DNA of 63,923 bases, counting the filler, from Basidiobolus ranarum (taxonomy: Eukaryota), in NCBI GenBank assembly GCA_040143965.1. It is 4 parts of 4 records of this genome, joined end to end, with 100 filler letters (N's around TTAATTAATTAA, not from the genome) between each part and the next. Parts side by side here need not be neighbours in the genome. Positions count along the whole stretch, not along the records: positions 1 to 16,032 come from JASJQH010007232.1; 3 more parts are not named here. One strand, given 5' to 3'. The notes under the pieces are model-generated. The model searched no databases and was not told the origin of the DNA. It was given only the letters and a program-made list of their open reading frames with translations. Below, piece after piece: positions 1-11,519 of the stretch. Within the stretch, counting starts at the first letter, position 1. Every line of letters starts with the position of its first letter. The position numbers were made by a program, and so were the translations under genes.

Positions 1-1485
1 GTGAGCGGATGTTTCATAAACTACACGAGCCATATTTATCGCAATCTGCTAACCAATGAATCTAAATCCCGCTCTCACACGAGGCTGTTGGTGGTGCACC
101 TAGCTTTGAAAGATGCTTTTGGATGTTTTCGTATCGTTCCTATTCAGAGAAGTTGGTATAATTTTGACTGCTATTGTGATGAAACCTACCGTTTCCTCCA
201 ACTTGCTTAATTTGTCACGCTAAAATATATCCGGAATGATGTAGCACCAAATTGCTTAAATTTGATTCAAAATGGAGTAGTCCATTAGCCAGAGATAGAA
301 TTCCCGCATTTATCAAGAAAGAGATTGAATTCCCTCATATTCATCATATTGGTGGGATTAGCAAGCAATCTATTTTCCTGTTTCCAGAGCCTCTGTTGGA
401 TTATTCTCACAATTCCCCTGAATGAATTCAGATCTACAACGCAGACCACAAGGGTGATGACCGAATACATCTTTTTGTAAAGGTAGTAGTCGTGTTAGAA
501 CACCTTTTGATATGAAGTGTTCAGGCTAAAAGTCTGCCTACTAGTTAATGTAGTACATTCTCAACTCTTCGTTTGAATGAATCGGAGTGCATATAGATAT
601 ATCTGTTTCAGTATATAAGTGAGCACTTCATGAAGTTCATTGTTTTTCGCCAAGTGATTATGCGTCATTGAGTCATTTGGAACTCGAAGAATGATGCTGG
701 ACCCGGTAATTTGCATAGTATTTTGGGATGCATTAGCTATGACTTTGTATCTGTTGAGCCAGAAAAATTAGCCATCTTAACCACGACAGATCCGTCACGA
801 CAAAATAAACTTGATGAGCGTGCTTGGTGGCAGGGTTGTTTATGCTGTGGATACGCCGTCATAAATATCCCCCTATTTGATTCTGTTTGAGGAGAAGACG
901 TTTCGTATTATCGGTTCCCATTAAACTAAATCAAACCTCTGAGCTTTTCACACTCGTTTCTAGAACAATATTGGGATTTGAACTGTGGTTTTTAGTAGGT
1001 TTCAGAATAGAAAGACTTTTCATATATGCTTAGGGCTCCATATGGATGCCGCCTTCGAAGTCAAGATTCTTCTTCTTGGCCAAAAAGTATTTAGCCATTG
1101 GTAATATCCATAAGAGAATAAAGCAAACAAGGAGCTTTTATAGGGGCTAGGTATAAAATACGTTACGTTGAAAGCAGAATTCAAGCTTAGTCGTTCTGTG
1201 AAATCAGTTATATAAAAATACCTACTGATCAACATCTTTAATATTCTTTGCATCAGTACATGTATGGTGTGAGTGTAGACTGACTACATAGATGAATTCC
1301 TTTAGTTTCCAGTAGGGCACTGAATACCTCACATCAAGAGATATTTGAATAATGAATCTATAAATTTGGTACCAAGAGTTAATACTATCTTGAAGCGCAT
1401 ATATCTAACAAATCGCGCAGTATCACTGAATGCATCATAATACTTAAAGACTGCACGTCGCTTATTGTATGCTCGAGTATCAGAA

Positions 1486-4400
1486 ATGACTTCTTACTCA
1501 GATCCAGATAAACACCTCAATCTACGAAGTTTACTTGACTTCTCATACTTGCGTTATAAGAGGTCCAAAGGATACACGGTAAGCTCTAACCAAGGCTTAC
1601 TCACTTGCATCATATACCTGGATAGTATTTACTAAAGATTTAACATAAAGGAGCCGTATTTATTGGACTTGGACAGTAAGCTTGAGGAGGTTGAGTCTCC
1701 ATACACAAAAGACAATATTAGCCTGTTATCCAGTCCGGAGATATGTTCAAGCCCTAATGAACCAAAGGATTCTCGAAGGATTTGCCTTGAAAACTGTATT
1801 CCTTTGATAACTAAATTTCGTATGGTTGAGATGTAACTAATCAATATTAGATATTTCAAGGTATCACGAAGATGCTTTTGCTAAAGCTCTGGAAATATCT
1901 AGAAAACAGAAAATCGAGGTATAAAAATATACCTATCTACTTGTTCCTTGTTTTTCATTGTATTTACCAACTATTTTATGAAAGCGGCAATCCATATATC
2001 AACACTACTCCATATTATTGGAAATCGATCCATTGAAGCTTATACATCATGATGGTATTTAGTAGCTATTTATATGATAATCTTATATCTCTATTCATTT
2101 CTGCACAAATAGTACAACTAGGCCAAGATCTTTTAGGGGGATTTCAGAATCATATTCTGGATTTGATATCAAGTGTTTGTCTCGAGATACTTCGATTTCA
2201 ATCGGGACCCGCTCACAAAATATTTTCAGAGCAGCTGCATCTCATTATCCGACTCGAATATTTCCCATCCTTCGTAGAGTATGTATTTGGGTATTTTCAG
2301 CTACTTCGTATTTCTCCTAAATAAATTGAATACAGACGTCACTTAGATTCACCCGCCGAGTGTCTTTTGCAGCTTCAAACGGCAAAGAAAGCCTCAAATA
2401 GCGAATTCTTCCAGATCACTGGTATCATCGTCGAAACTAAAAATCCTGTTCATAACTTGTTAGTGCATATGAAAGCTTGCAACTCTAAATAGATACTAAA
2501 TCTAATTACACTAGAATCAACCAAACCTATAAATGTAATAATTCTGGATGTAATAATCCAAATTACATTTATATCACACTAGTTCGAAATGGGTACAAGG
2601 TTACTAGACGATCCGACTTGAATACTTTTATCGAAATTATCCACCTGTTCGTCAAGTCTAATTTTGAGTAGAACATGAATTAATGTGTTAATATGCTATT
2701 TTTATATCTAGAAACCATGCTAAACATATCGACAAAGATTGTTCAAACTGCCAAAAGGAGATGTCTGAATTGACTAATGATCGCGTGTATCTGGGTATCG
2801 AAAATTCACAAGTATTTTTATAGTATAGCTTGAGAGTGTGTTGACGTTATTTGTAGATAGGCAAACCGTCATTCTTCAGAGTTTGGAATCAAAGATGAAG
2901 GGTTACAATTTTAATCGTATTGGTTTAGAACTACAAAGTATAGTTTTTATCTATTACTCACATGAGCTGTTAAATGAATCTAATTCACTCACAAGACGAA
3001 ATGGTCGACAGCTTACACAAAGGAGTTGTAGTTGAAGTAGTGGGGATAGTTAAACGGGGTGTAGATTCTGGTATGTTCTCGTATATATCGTACACACGTT
3101 TTCACCATAGATATATACTCAAGTACAAATTGTAAGCGGTAGTTGAGAACCGACTCAGAACTTATGACAACAACCTGGAGTTTTCAGTATGAATAAGAAT
3201 CTATTAGATCATAGTTTTTCGTCTACTAATAAGGCAGCAATAGGTTTATTGCTATACTCTGTTGGAATATGTAACCAACCTATTCATTATATAATCTCGA
3301 TTACATACCAGAAAATTAATGCAAAACTATACATACGTATAGAGGGTCAACTACAGTTCAAGTTTTCCAAAGAAAGCTCTCCCCATCATCCTGAGAAATT
3401 GGATACCGCGGATGTCTCTCTTCCCTACAAATTCAAATTATGGCCCGTCCACTTTAGATAAAATTAAAAAGTCGGATATATGGACATATTTGCAGTATAT
3501 GATTGATAGATTTTCAGGTAAATAATTATACCACATTTTTGTTGCTATTTTAACTTTAATTTCTCGCAGCTGACATACTACCGAAATCATTGTGGCGAGC
3601 TCTAAAAATGTCTTTGCTATTAAGGTGCGATGCATATCTATACCATTATAATATCTATTCGGAGTAGTAATATCGATCTGAATTTAGCTTGGTTTTAGTT
3701 GATTCTGAAGCCAGTGAACCGAGTCAAGGGAAACTTAACATCATGGTTATAACCTACGGTCGCATACCAGTATTGCAGAGGTTCCTTAAATACGCATCTG
3801 CTTTCTCGCCGTAAGTATGAATGAACAAAGCTTATTTCCAATGTCTAAATCTCATATTGTTGATAGCTCTACACATTATTCATTTCTACCAAATGGTGTC
3901 AAATTTCACCAACTTTTTCAATCTCGGAGTAGGTATTTATTTTCTTAACAAAGAGAAGCGTATTCTCTCTTGAGCAAATGTCCACTACTGACAAACTTTT
4001 AACTTGAAAGGGGATTATTTTCCTTTAAGTAGAAACGGAATCTTATTGTTTGATTTCTCAATACTCCAGCAACAAGACTATCCATTTCTATCATCCAGTG
4101 AGTGCATCCCGTGTTTTGTTGAATACATCAACATATATTTCTATTAACCCCAATATAGTATTGGCTAGTGAATCGACATATGACCAAGAAGAGGAACCAA
4201 CGACCAATACTCTAAATACTTGCTTTTGGAGTTATGCAGATGATATTATCTCATGCGAAGCTAAGAAATCTCGGAAGTATTCTAGGGTATAAATTATCAT
4301 GATTTCTTAAATGAATCTTTTCTAAACCACTACTTCATTAATAGCAACACTCAGATGTCACCTCTCTTTGCTTGAATCAGTAAGTGTGAAGAAGCAAGAG

Positions 4401-5280
4401 CGATCAAACCAGTTACCCATTTAACGGTTTCTTAGATTATTTCCAATTGTTTTACCTGTTTATATGTCGCAAGAACAGGAGAGTATACTAGCTTCCCACC
4501 TGTTACATAGTTCTTCTGATAGTAGTGCTGACGATTTGAACGATCTCGCCAGAGTAAACTATATTCTATATTTTTGACAAGAACTACACATTTACTTTTA
4601 TTTTTAGTTCATTCAACTAGCACGAGAGACTAAGACTAGGTTTACTACTCTTTACATTAAGAAAATATTTAGAGTTCTTTTAACTTATCAATGATAATCT
4701 AGATTGTCGCCAGAGTGCGAGTTTCTTTTAAAAAAATACTTTCTGGCTTATCGAAAGTTCATGATTCAAAACTTGGTTCAAGATGGAAGCTTAACTACAA
4801 TGAAGGTTTTATTTTCTAATTCACAATAGAAACTTGAGCAAAATATTAATTAAAAGTAGACTCTGATCAGCTTGGCGACCGCTTACTCGAAGGTAATGTT
4901 GTTAGATTTGAACCTCAGGTTGTACACTCATCTAAAACAACAATTAGTTACGACTTAATAATCTAGCAGGAGCAGAAGAGGCAGTCATGAGGTAAAAAGC
5001 GATCTAGTCTTATGAGAGGCATTCCAGTAGGGAGTCTAAACATTCTACAAATAGTATTGTTATGTTTGATGTGATTATCTGCGGCAAATATAATCGATCT
5101 TTACTAAGGCCTCAATGTGATTCAACTTATCCGTATGAGAGTATTGTGGTAAGTGTGAGCAGTTTATCAATTGTATTGGCAATGCTTTAATACTAGGGTA
5201 ATATACAGGAGATCTTCTCATATCCTTACTCAGATATCCTACTTCAGGTGATGAATCAATTGAACCACCTGGTTTGCTAG
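1486..5280 (+). CDS. MCMDC2: MCMDC2-like (MEI-217/218-type) catalytically dead MCM-family protein, about 26 short exons
   Basis: Hand-spliced GT-AG exons give, in order: SILLEIDPLKLIHHDVQLGQDLL...SVCLEIL...QLHLIIRLEYFP (MCM N-domain); FFQITGIIVE; Zn finger YKCNNSGC...CSNCQKEMSELTNDRVYL.DRQ; OB strand VVVEVVGIV; ILPKSLWRALKMSLLLSLV; degenerate Walker A LNIMVITYGRIPVLQRFLKY; degenerate Walker B NGILLFDF; NTCFWSYAD; lid LSPECEFLLKKYFLAYRK...TLISLATAYSKLRL...MFDVIICGKY; stop TAG 5278-5280. These blocks are colinear with human MCMDC2 as I recall it. The start codon and junctions near 2600-2710 and 3130-3345 are uncertain. Confidence 0.82.
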
Positions 5281-6269
5281 CCCTAACGCTAAATGGAATT
5301 TTATGTGATAGCCAACATTCTATTCAAACCGTATATATTTTATAATTGCAGAATAAATAGCCTATGCTTAGGAGATTAAATGTTTCATATTAATCTAATT
5401 TTTAAATAGTTTTGGTCAAACATTAGTTTCCTCTTTAGGAGAAGAGAGATCCACCAATAAGTTCATTGTTACTCGTTCAATGTTTACAATAGTAATAAAC
5501 AAACCACTGTAGAATCCTTATGACTACATGAGGTCATTACATAGCAGATCGACTGCCTAAAAAATACCTCGCTAATGGAAGACACAACGGGAGGAATCCT
5601 TGGTGTGCTCCTGCATCTTCTCCTAAGTGTTTGAGAAGATCCTCAAACATTCAATAACTAATTAGAATTTATTGATGTATAGAGTTAGTGAGTCCAACGA
5701 AGCAGTCACACCATAAGAACTTTGGCATTATGGCTGGTAGCATATTGTGGCTACGGTTGTCCGACTTTTCAACTTGCTCGCATAAAAGCCATTAAAGCCT
5801 CTTCGCCATACTAGGAGTTTATGTTGCAGTAATGATCCCTGCATTAAATGCGACTATTATGTCTACTCAAATTATCTATTCTCCCGACAGTTTAGATCAC
5901 TTGTCTCTACTGAATATTGGTCCCGCGCCATAAGGATGTCCAAATCCGCTCTAGTATATCCGCATAGATATGCTGTGATCTACTTTGTCTATATAATCAA
6001 ACGGAGTATTTCTTTTGTCTCGAATCTCTAGGCTACTTCATATTCTTCAACTTTTGAGGCCAATTCCCAGGCCTTTCATTTGTATATTTACAGTTCTATG
6101 AATACTGAATATTCTACATATTTCACTTGTTGAGTTACAACATACAGTTCAGTGCTGGTAGTATTTCGATCAATTTTATGCGAATAGTCATATACATTAA
6201 GCATTTCATTTTTTATTTCCACTCACTCCACTTCTCTATTCTGACTACCAAACATATATACAAGCCATT

Positions 6270-9200
6270 ATGTCAAGCATAACTACCGAGCAGATGCTTG
6301 AATCATCGACGGAGGCCTCTCATCTTATACTACGTCCAACCATAGATTTGAGTGATTGTGTCCAACATGTAATTCATTCGATACAAATCAATCTTGACTT
6401 AATATCTTCGACTCTCCAACAGCCCGAAGACGTGAAAGAAATATCAAGTGAACCTATTCAAGTTTCGATAGCGAATAATCTTCAGAATATCCTTATTGAG
6501 GTTGAAAAATGTTTGTTGCAACCAACTGGGGAGGTACAGATCCCATCACCAAATCCACCGTTGGTACCACTTGAATCTCCGATGGAATTTCATCATACTA
6601 AAGATTTGTTAAAACAAAAAGCGAAAAATATCCGACCGTTGTTAGATGACTTTGAGCAATGCTTTGGACTAATCAATGTCAAACCCGAAGATGAAGTAAC
6701 TTTGGAGCATTCTCCATCAATAACTGGCCAGGAAAAGGAAACCCCCGGATTAACCCTAAGTAATGAAAATCCACAATCATGGCTTAAATCATATACGGAC
6801 CAAATGGACACACTTCAAATAGATTTACAAAGTCAAGTCAAGAAATTTGAAAGATTCATTTCAAATGATTTTACTATATCAGAAGTGGAACGAAACCAGA
6901 TAAAGGGACAATTACTCCGATTCGAAGATATCATGAAGAAATATATTGTTCAATTATTTCAATATCTTCAGTTTGATAACTCAGATCAATCCACTGATTC
7001 TATTCTTTCAGATGTGAACAAAACAATCGGTATACAGACCTCGGAGGAGCTTTCGATCGTACAATTGTCACATAATAAGTATGTTCATCATAAAGTAAGA
7101 ATTTCCGAACTGTACGAAGAGTTGAAATCTACGAAATATCAGAGTGAACTATATCAATCAAGTCTAATGGAAGCTGAATTACGTGAACAGGAGTTCACCA
7201 AAGCCATCTTTGAATTCAACGAACAAATTGACATGATCCAAGGGCGACTATACACCAGTCAACAATATACCGATTTACTTGAAAACGAAGTGATCAAACT
7301 GTCTCAACGGAACGAACAACTGGCAAAGAAGCAAGAAAGTGAGAAATTCAATATCACATTACAAGAAATTCGGGATGACTTTACTAGAGAAATCACTAAT
7401 TATAAGGAAAAAATGATTCAACTTGAAGAGGAGCTTGAAACTACTCTTTTACATTTGAAAGCGTCCGAAGAGAATGTGGATCATTTCTACTCTATCGCTG
7501 GGGCTTGGAATAAGGAATTCAAGCAAATCTTACAAACACTCACTATAGCAAACAAGAAGGAACTTTTGCTAGATTCCTTAATATCTACCATGGCCTCATT
7601 GGAGAATGTGGGAAATAATGAGATATTGTCTGATCTGGATCATCTCGAAAGTCTTCGCCAACAATTGTGCGATACTGAGGCCAATTTAAAGGATGTATCG
7701 TCACGTAAAGATCAAATGGCCATTGAATTAGGGGATGGTCAAATTCATCTTCAAATCGTACTTGAGAATTCGTCGAGATTAGAGAGACAACTTGAACTAG
7801 CCAATATCGGACAATCCTATGTAGACTCAATTCACCAAAAGTTGGAAATGAATGAGTTACTTGTAGCTAAATCGAACTCAGAATCGGAATCTGAACAACT
7901 GGTGTTACATACTAAGACTGAGGAACTAATCGATAGCGTAGAAAGAGATCATCTAACTCCCATTCAAGATATACCAATCTTAATGGCAGATACCAATAGG
8001 CAATTAGAAGAAAATAAAACCTCACTCTTCGAAGCTGCCCAATTGAAAGAAGTAACAGAAATTGTCCAGAGTATTGCGCAAGATCTTGGGCTACAAATTG
8101 ATGAGAAGGATGCAGGAATACTAAGCCTAGCACCGAGTCTTCAGGATGTAAGGGAAGAGCTCTTGAAACTTACTAAAAGGGCTGGCCATATTGAGGAACT
8201 AACTGAGGTAATTTTAGAGGCAGAAACCAAAGAAGAAGAATATATTCGAGCCATATTCGAGTTGAGTCAAGAGGTCATACAAGCGAAACAATCCCAATCT
8301 GATCATGAAAAAATCACTTGTTTACTAGAGTCGGCAATTCAAGAGGAGTTAGCTTCGAATAAGAAGATTTGTGAGGAGCAACGCTTTGAACATCTGGCCA
8401 AAGAAAAAGAATATCTGAGCACTGTATATAGTCTGAATGCAGAGCTTAAGGAGAGGGAAAAGTCACTTATGGAGAGTGAAAAGCGTGTCCTTCTATTCGA
8501 AGCCCATACCGAAGATACAATCACGTTATTGAAATCAAATGAACAAGTGATTTCTCAATTAAGAGAAGAGCTTACCAATGCTGATATGACGGAGAGAGAG
8601 TATCTTCAGCGATTCGTCGAGTTAACCAAAGAGCTCGATCATACGATACATTCTTTGGTTGAGCAGCAAAAGCAGACTCATTTGTTCGAATCATCAGTTA
8701 ACTGTAAGCTGTTGGAGTTAGAAGAGATGAGACTCCAAAATAGAGACGCTCTTCATATTTCCAGAAATGAAATATCCACCTTAGAGAGCCATATCAAGCA
8801 ACTTGAGTTTTCAGCCGGAGGACTCCAAAGCATTGTTGAGATGAAAGAGCTTACCATTCAAAATCTTCAAGCTCAAGGAAACGAGGGTGTAAAGCGTCTT
8901 CATGATCTGACCCAAGCGTTAGAGCTACAAAACGTGGCTCTTCATGCACACTTTGATTCTATACTTCGTTTGGGGATAGACATCGGTCATGATTCTACTC
9001 AGTCTAACCTATTGTCGATACTCAATTCATTACCACAGAAGTTACAAGATTGGCTGGTGGATAATGAAAATCAATTTCGAGACCAAAAGATCTTGTTCAC
9101 GAAACAGGTAGAGGAGCTTGAAAGTGCTTTAATTCAATGCAAGTTGAAGATTACTGAGCAAGAGAAACTCCTTAACACCTCATTGCTAAGGGAGCAAGAA

Positions 9201-11222
9201 ATTCTCGAGCGATCGCGATTACTGCAGATTGAAGATGAGAAAAAACTTTCGAATTGTACACGACAGCTAGAAGAAACATTAACGGAGTTGAAAACTGCTC
9301 AACAGTCCATTGATGAACTCCAGACAGAGAAGTCAAAGAGTACTCAACCTTTCATTGATAATTTGGAGAGTGACCACCAAGACGATACAAATCGCGCCTC
9401 TCAATCAATTGATTTCAATGCTATTAGTGCCTCAACATCTGAACACGACCATGACTCCGCTGTTGCTTTAGATGATGAATCAGAGAGTAACGAGGAACAA
9501 GAAATCAATCCTAATTCTGTCACCAAGTTAGCAAAGCAGCTTTCGGAGGCACAAGCTCAAGTACGGACCACTCAAGCTTCTTATAGAGATATGGATGACC
9601 AAATGGAACTGTTGCACCACAAGTTAAAGGAGACAAAGATTCAACTTGCTAGTTGTGATCGTAGTCGCGAAGCTTTCGCAATTTTCATCTCTGATATAGG
9701 AGCGATGCTGGGCGATCCAAGATCCGAAATTGAAGATGTTATCACGTTCTTTTTCAAACAAGAGGCAACTCTTGAATTGAAAGAGGAAACCAGAAGATTA
9801 GCTTTTGGGAATTTCAACTCATCCACCCTTTCCGTAGTTTCTAGATCAAATGAGAATCTTATCAAGAATGATATCTCGTACACTTCTAAGGAGTCTACTA
9901 GGGCTCGGGCATCTACATTCTCTGGGAATACTGCTCAAGAATTTCGAAAACTACGAAATGAGTTGAATATCTATGCAAATGAAATTGAAACTTTGAATGC
10001 TCAAAAGAAAGATTACGAAAAGCAATGTCATAGCTTTCGAGAGGCTATCGTGGTATCGCAAACACGCGAGGGAAGACTCAGTAGAGAGGTTCAAGAACTT
10101 CGTTCTAGACTAGAAGCTCATAAGGTTGAGTCCATGTGCGCTCTGGCTGACCTTCAAACCAAGTATCGCGAGTCATTTATGGAGGTTGATGTTAAAAATA
10201 GACAACATATCGAGGAATTGGAAAAAGAACTCTTTATTACCAAAAAAAGGATTGTACGTCTCAAGGAACAAGTTATGTTGACGGAAAAAGTATGTACAGA
10301 TGCAGTCGCTTTAACAGAGCAGCTAGAGATCGAACTTGCGCGTACCTGGAAGGAGAAACGTACTGCAGAAAAGAAACTATTGGAGTCACAGCAACGATGC
10401 GAGGATCTAAATAAAGACTTAAGAGTCAAGGAGATTGAAGCCTTAACACAGAAGCAACTCTACGAAAGTAAATTGAAAGATTTGGATTTAAAAGTTCGGA
10501 ATCAAGCCAAATCTATGACCAATGCTAAAAGAGAAGCTACCCATAATTCATCCGAAAAAAGAGCAAGCTTTTACCAACAGCTTCGTAGTAAGTGGAGTGG
10601 TAGTACAACTGAAGAATCTCGCTCTATCATGGAACCCCGAACTATAAACGAGTCAGAAAAAGGTTTTCAAGAGGAAGTGGATATGCATGTAACAACTAAT
10701 AAGTTGCTACAAACAGAATTATGTGAGATTCAAGCCAAAACAGTTGAATTGGAGCTGCACAAAGAATTATTGGAGACTCAGCTCAGTGAATTACGCTCCC
10801 TTCACGATCAGTCAGAAAGAACTTTAACCCAACTGAGGCGTGAGGCTGAGGAAAATCAACAAGCTACTCTAGTTTCACTTGAAAGAGCTCAAGCAGAAAA
10901 GCAGAGTTCAGCACGTGTGGAACTTGTGACTATACAAGCCGAACGCGCATCACAAGAGCGCATCATATTGGAGCTCAAGAAAGAGCTCTGCAATTTACAC
11001 GACGATCAAAATCAAAAAACAAATGAACTGCAAATTGCTAAACAAGAGATTGAGGTCCTGAGGCGTTTATCAAGCACTAATGCTGAGACAAGGGCCGTTC
11101 TGGAGGCTTTGACTCGAGAGAAGTTCAATTTAGAGACAAAGGTGAATGAATTGGAAACTCAGTTAGACGATATTCTAGCAAAGAATGTGGCGTTTGCAAT
11201 GGAATTAGCAGCGGTAAAATAG
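6270..11222 (+). CDS. 1650-aa single-exon, E/L/Q/K-rich long coiled-coil protein, function unknown
   Basis: Uninterrupted 4953-nt ORF with heptad-like composition throughout and an internal repeated motif. No globular domain recognised. Confidence 0.85.
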   Translation: MSSITTEQMLESSTEASHLILRPTIDLSDCVQHVIHSIQINLDLISSTLQQPEDVKEISSEPIQVSIANNLQNILIEVEKCLLQPTGEVQIPSPNPPLVPLESPMEFHHTKDLLKQKAKNIRPLLDDFEQCFGLINVKPEDEVTLEHSPSITGQEKETPGLTLSNENPQSWLKSYTDQMDTLQIDLQSQVKKFERFISNDFTISEVERNQIKGQLLRFEDIMKKYIVQLFQYLQFDNSDQSTDSILSDVNKTIGIQTSEELSIVQLSHNKYVHHKVRISELYEELKSTKYQSELYQSSLMEAELREQEFTKAIFEFNEQIDMIQGRLYTSQQYTDLLENEVIKLSQRNEQLAKKQESEKFNITLQEIRDDFTREITNYKEKMIQLEEELETTLLHLKASEENVDHFYSIAGAWNKEFKQILQTLTIANKKELLLDSLISTMASLENVGNNEILSDLDHLESLRQQLCDTEANLKDVSSRKDQMAIELGDGQIHLQIVLENSSRLERQLELANIGQSYVDSIHQKLEMNELLVAKSNSESESEQLVLHTKTEELIDSVERDHLTPIQDIPILMADTNRQLEENKTSLFEAAQLKEVTEIVQSIAQDLGLQIDEKDAGILSLAPSLQDVREELLKLTKRAGHIEELTEVILEAETKEEEYIRAIFELSQEVIQAKQSQSDHEKITCLLESAIQEELASNKKICEEQRFEHLAKEKEYLSTVYSLNAELKEREKSLMESEKRVLLFEAHTEDTITLLKSNEQVISQLREELTNADMTEREYLQRFVELTKELDHTIHSLVEQQKQTHLFESSVNCKLLELEEMRLQNRDALHISRNEISTLESHIKQLEFSAGGLQSIVEMKELTIQNLQAQGNEGVKRLHDLTQALELQNVALHAHFDSILRLGIDIGHDSTQSNLLSILNSLPQKLQDWLVDNENQFRDQKILFTKQVEELESALIQCKLKITEQEKLLNTSLLREQEILERSRLLQIEDEKKLSNCTRQLEETLTELKTAQQSIDELQTEKSKSTQPFIDNLESDHQDDTNRASQSIDFNAISASTSEHDHDSAVALDDESESNEEQEINPNSVTKLAKQLSEAQAQVRTTQASYRDMDDQMELLHHKLKETKIQLASCDRSREAFAIFISDIGAMLGDPRSEIEDVITFFFKQEATLELKEETRRLAFGNFNSSTLSVVSRSNENLIKNDISYTSKESTRARASTFSGNTAQEFRKLRNELNIYANEIETLNAQKKDYEKQCHSFREAIVVSQTREGRLSREVQELRSRLEAHKVESMCALADLQTKYRESFMEVDVKNRQHIEELEKELFITKKRIVRLKEQVMLTEKVCTDAVALTEQLEIELARTWKEKRTAEKKLLESQQRCEDLNKDLRVKEIEALTQKQLYESKLKDLDLKVRNQAKSMTNAKREATHNSSEKRASFYQQLRSKWSGSTTEESRSIMEPRTINESEKGFQEEVDMHVTTNKLLQTELCEIQAKTVELELHKELLETQLSELRSLHDQSERTLTQLRREAEENQQATLVSLERAQAEKQSSARVELVTIQAERASQERIILELKKELCNLHDDQNQKTNELQIAKQEIEVLRRLSSTNAETRAVLEALTREKFNLETKVNELETQLDDILAKNVAFAMELAAVK

Positions 11223-11519
11223 AAACAATGACTGCATTTCGTAGAGTTGTACAACTGCTGCTATAATAGTGTTGACCTTCTCGTGTCCATTCAATTTATT
11301 TTGTAAATATTCATCTGTCAATAAATGAAATCCATCGATCTTACCTGGCTAGAGTCCCGGTTGAAATCCAAAAACAATGAATTCTTCTGATTGGTGAGGA
11401 TTTGTTTTGTTTTCAGATGGACGATGGCCATTTATAACTCGAAAAACATTTCAAGCAAAGCTACCAATATCAACCAAATATCCAACCTAAGCCAATATTT
11501 CATACATACTTGATAGAAA

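Noticed and set aside
1-1400. Short ORFs on both strands, including a hydrophobic 77-aa minus-strand ORF (1020-1253)
   Set aside because: I could not splice them into a consistent gene or recognise a family. Left uncalled.
5220-5227. ATATCCTT, a perfect AT-AC U12 donor motif in the last MCMDC2 exon
   Set aside because: No convincing branch site plus AC acceptor downstream, and the unspliced frame already gives a sensible C-terminus.
5410-6180. Minus-strand exon-like pieces (MFEDLLKHLGEDAG...LPLCLPLA) with one plausible intron
   Set aside because: Upstream pieces contain stops in every frame I tried, and there is no recognisable homology.
6593-10429. Antisense ORFs inside the coiled-coil gene (and similar ones inside COG8, the LRR gene and CDC6)
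   Set aside because: Shadow ORFs produced by the codon bias of the sense gene.
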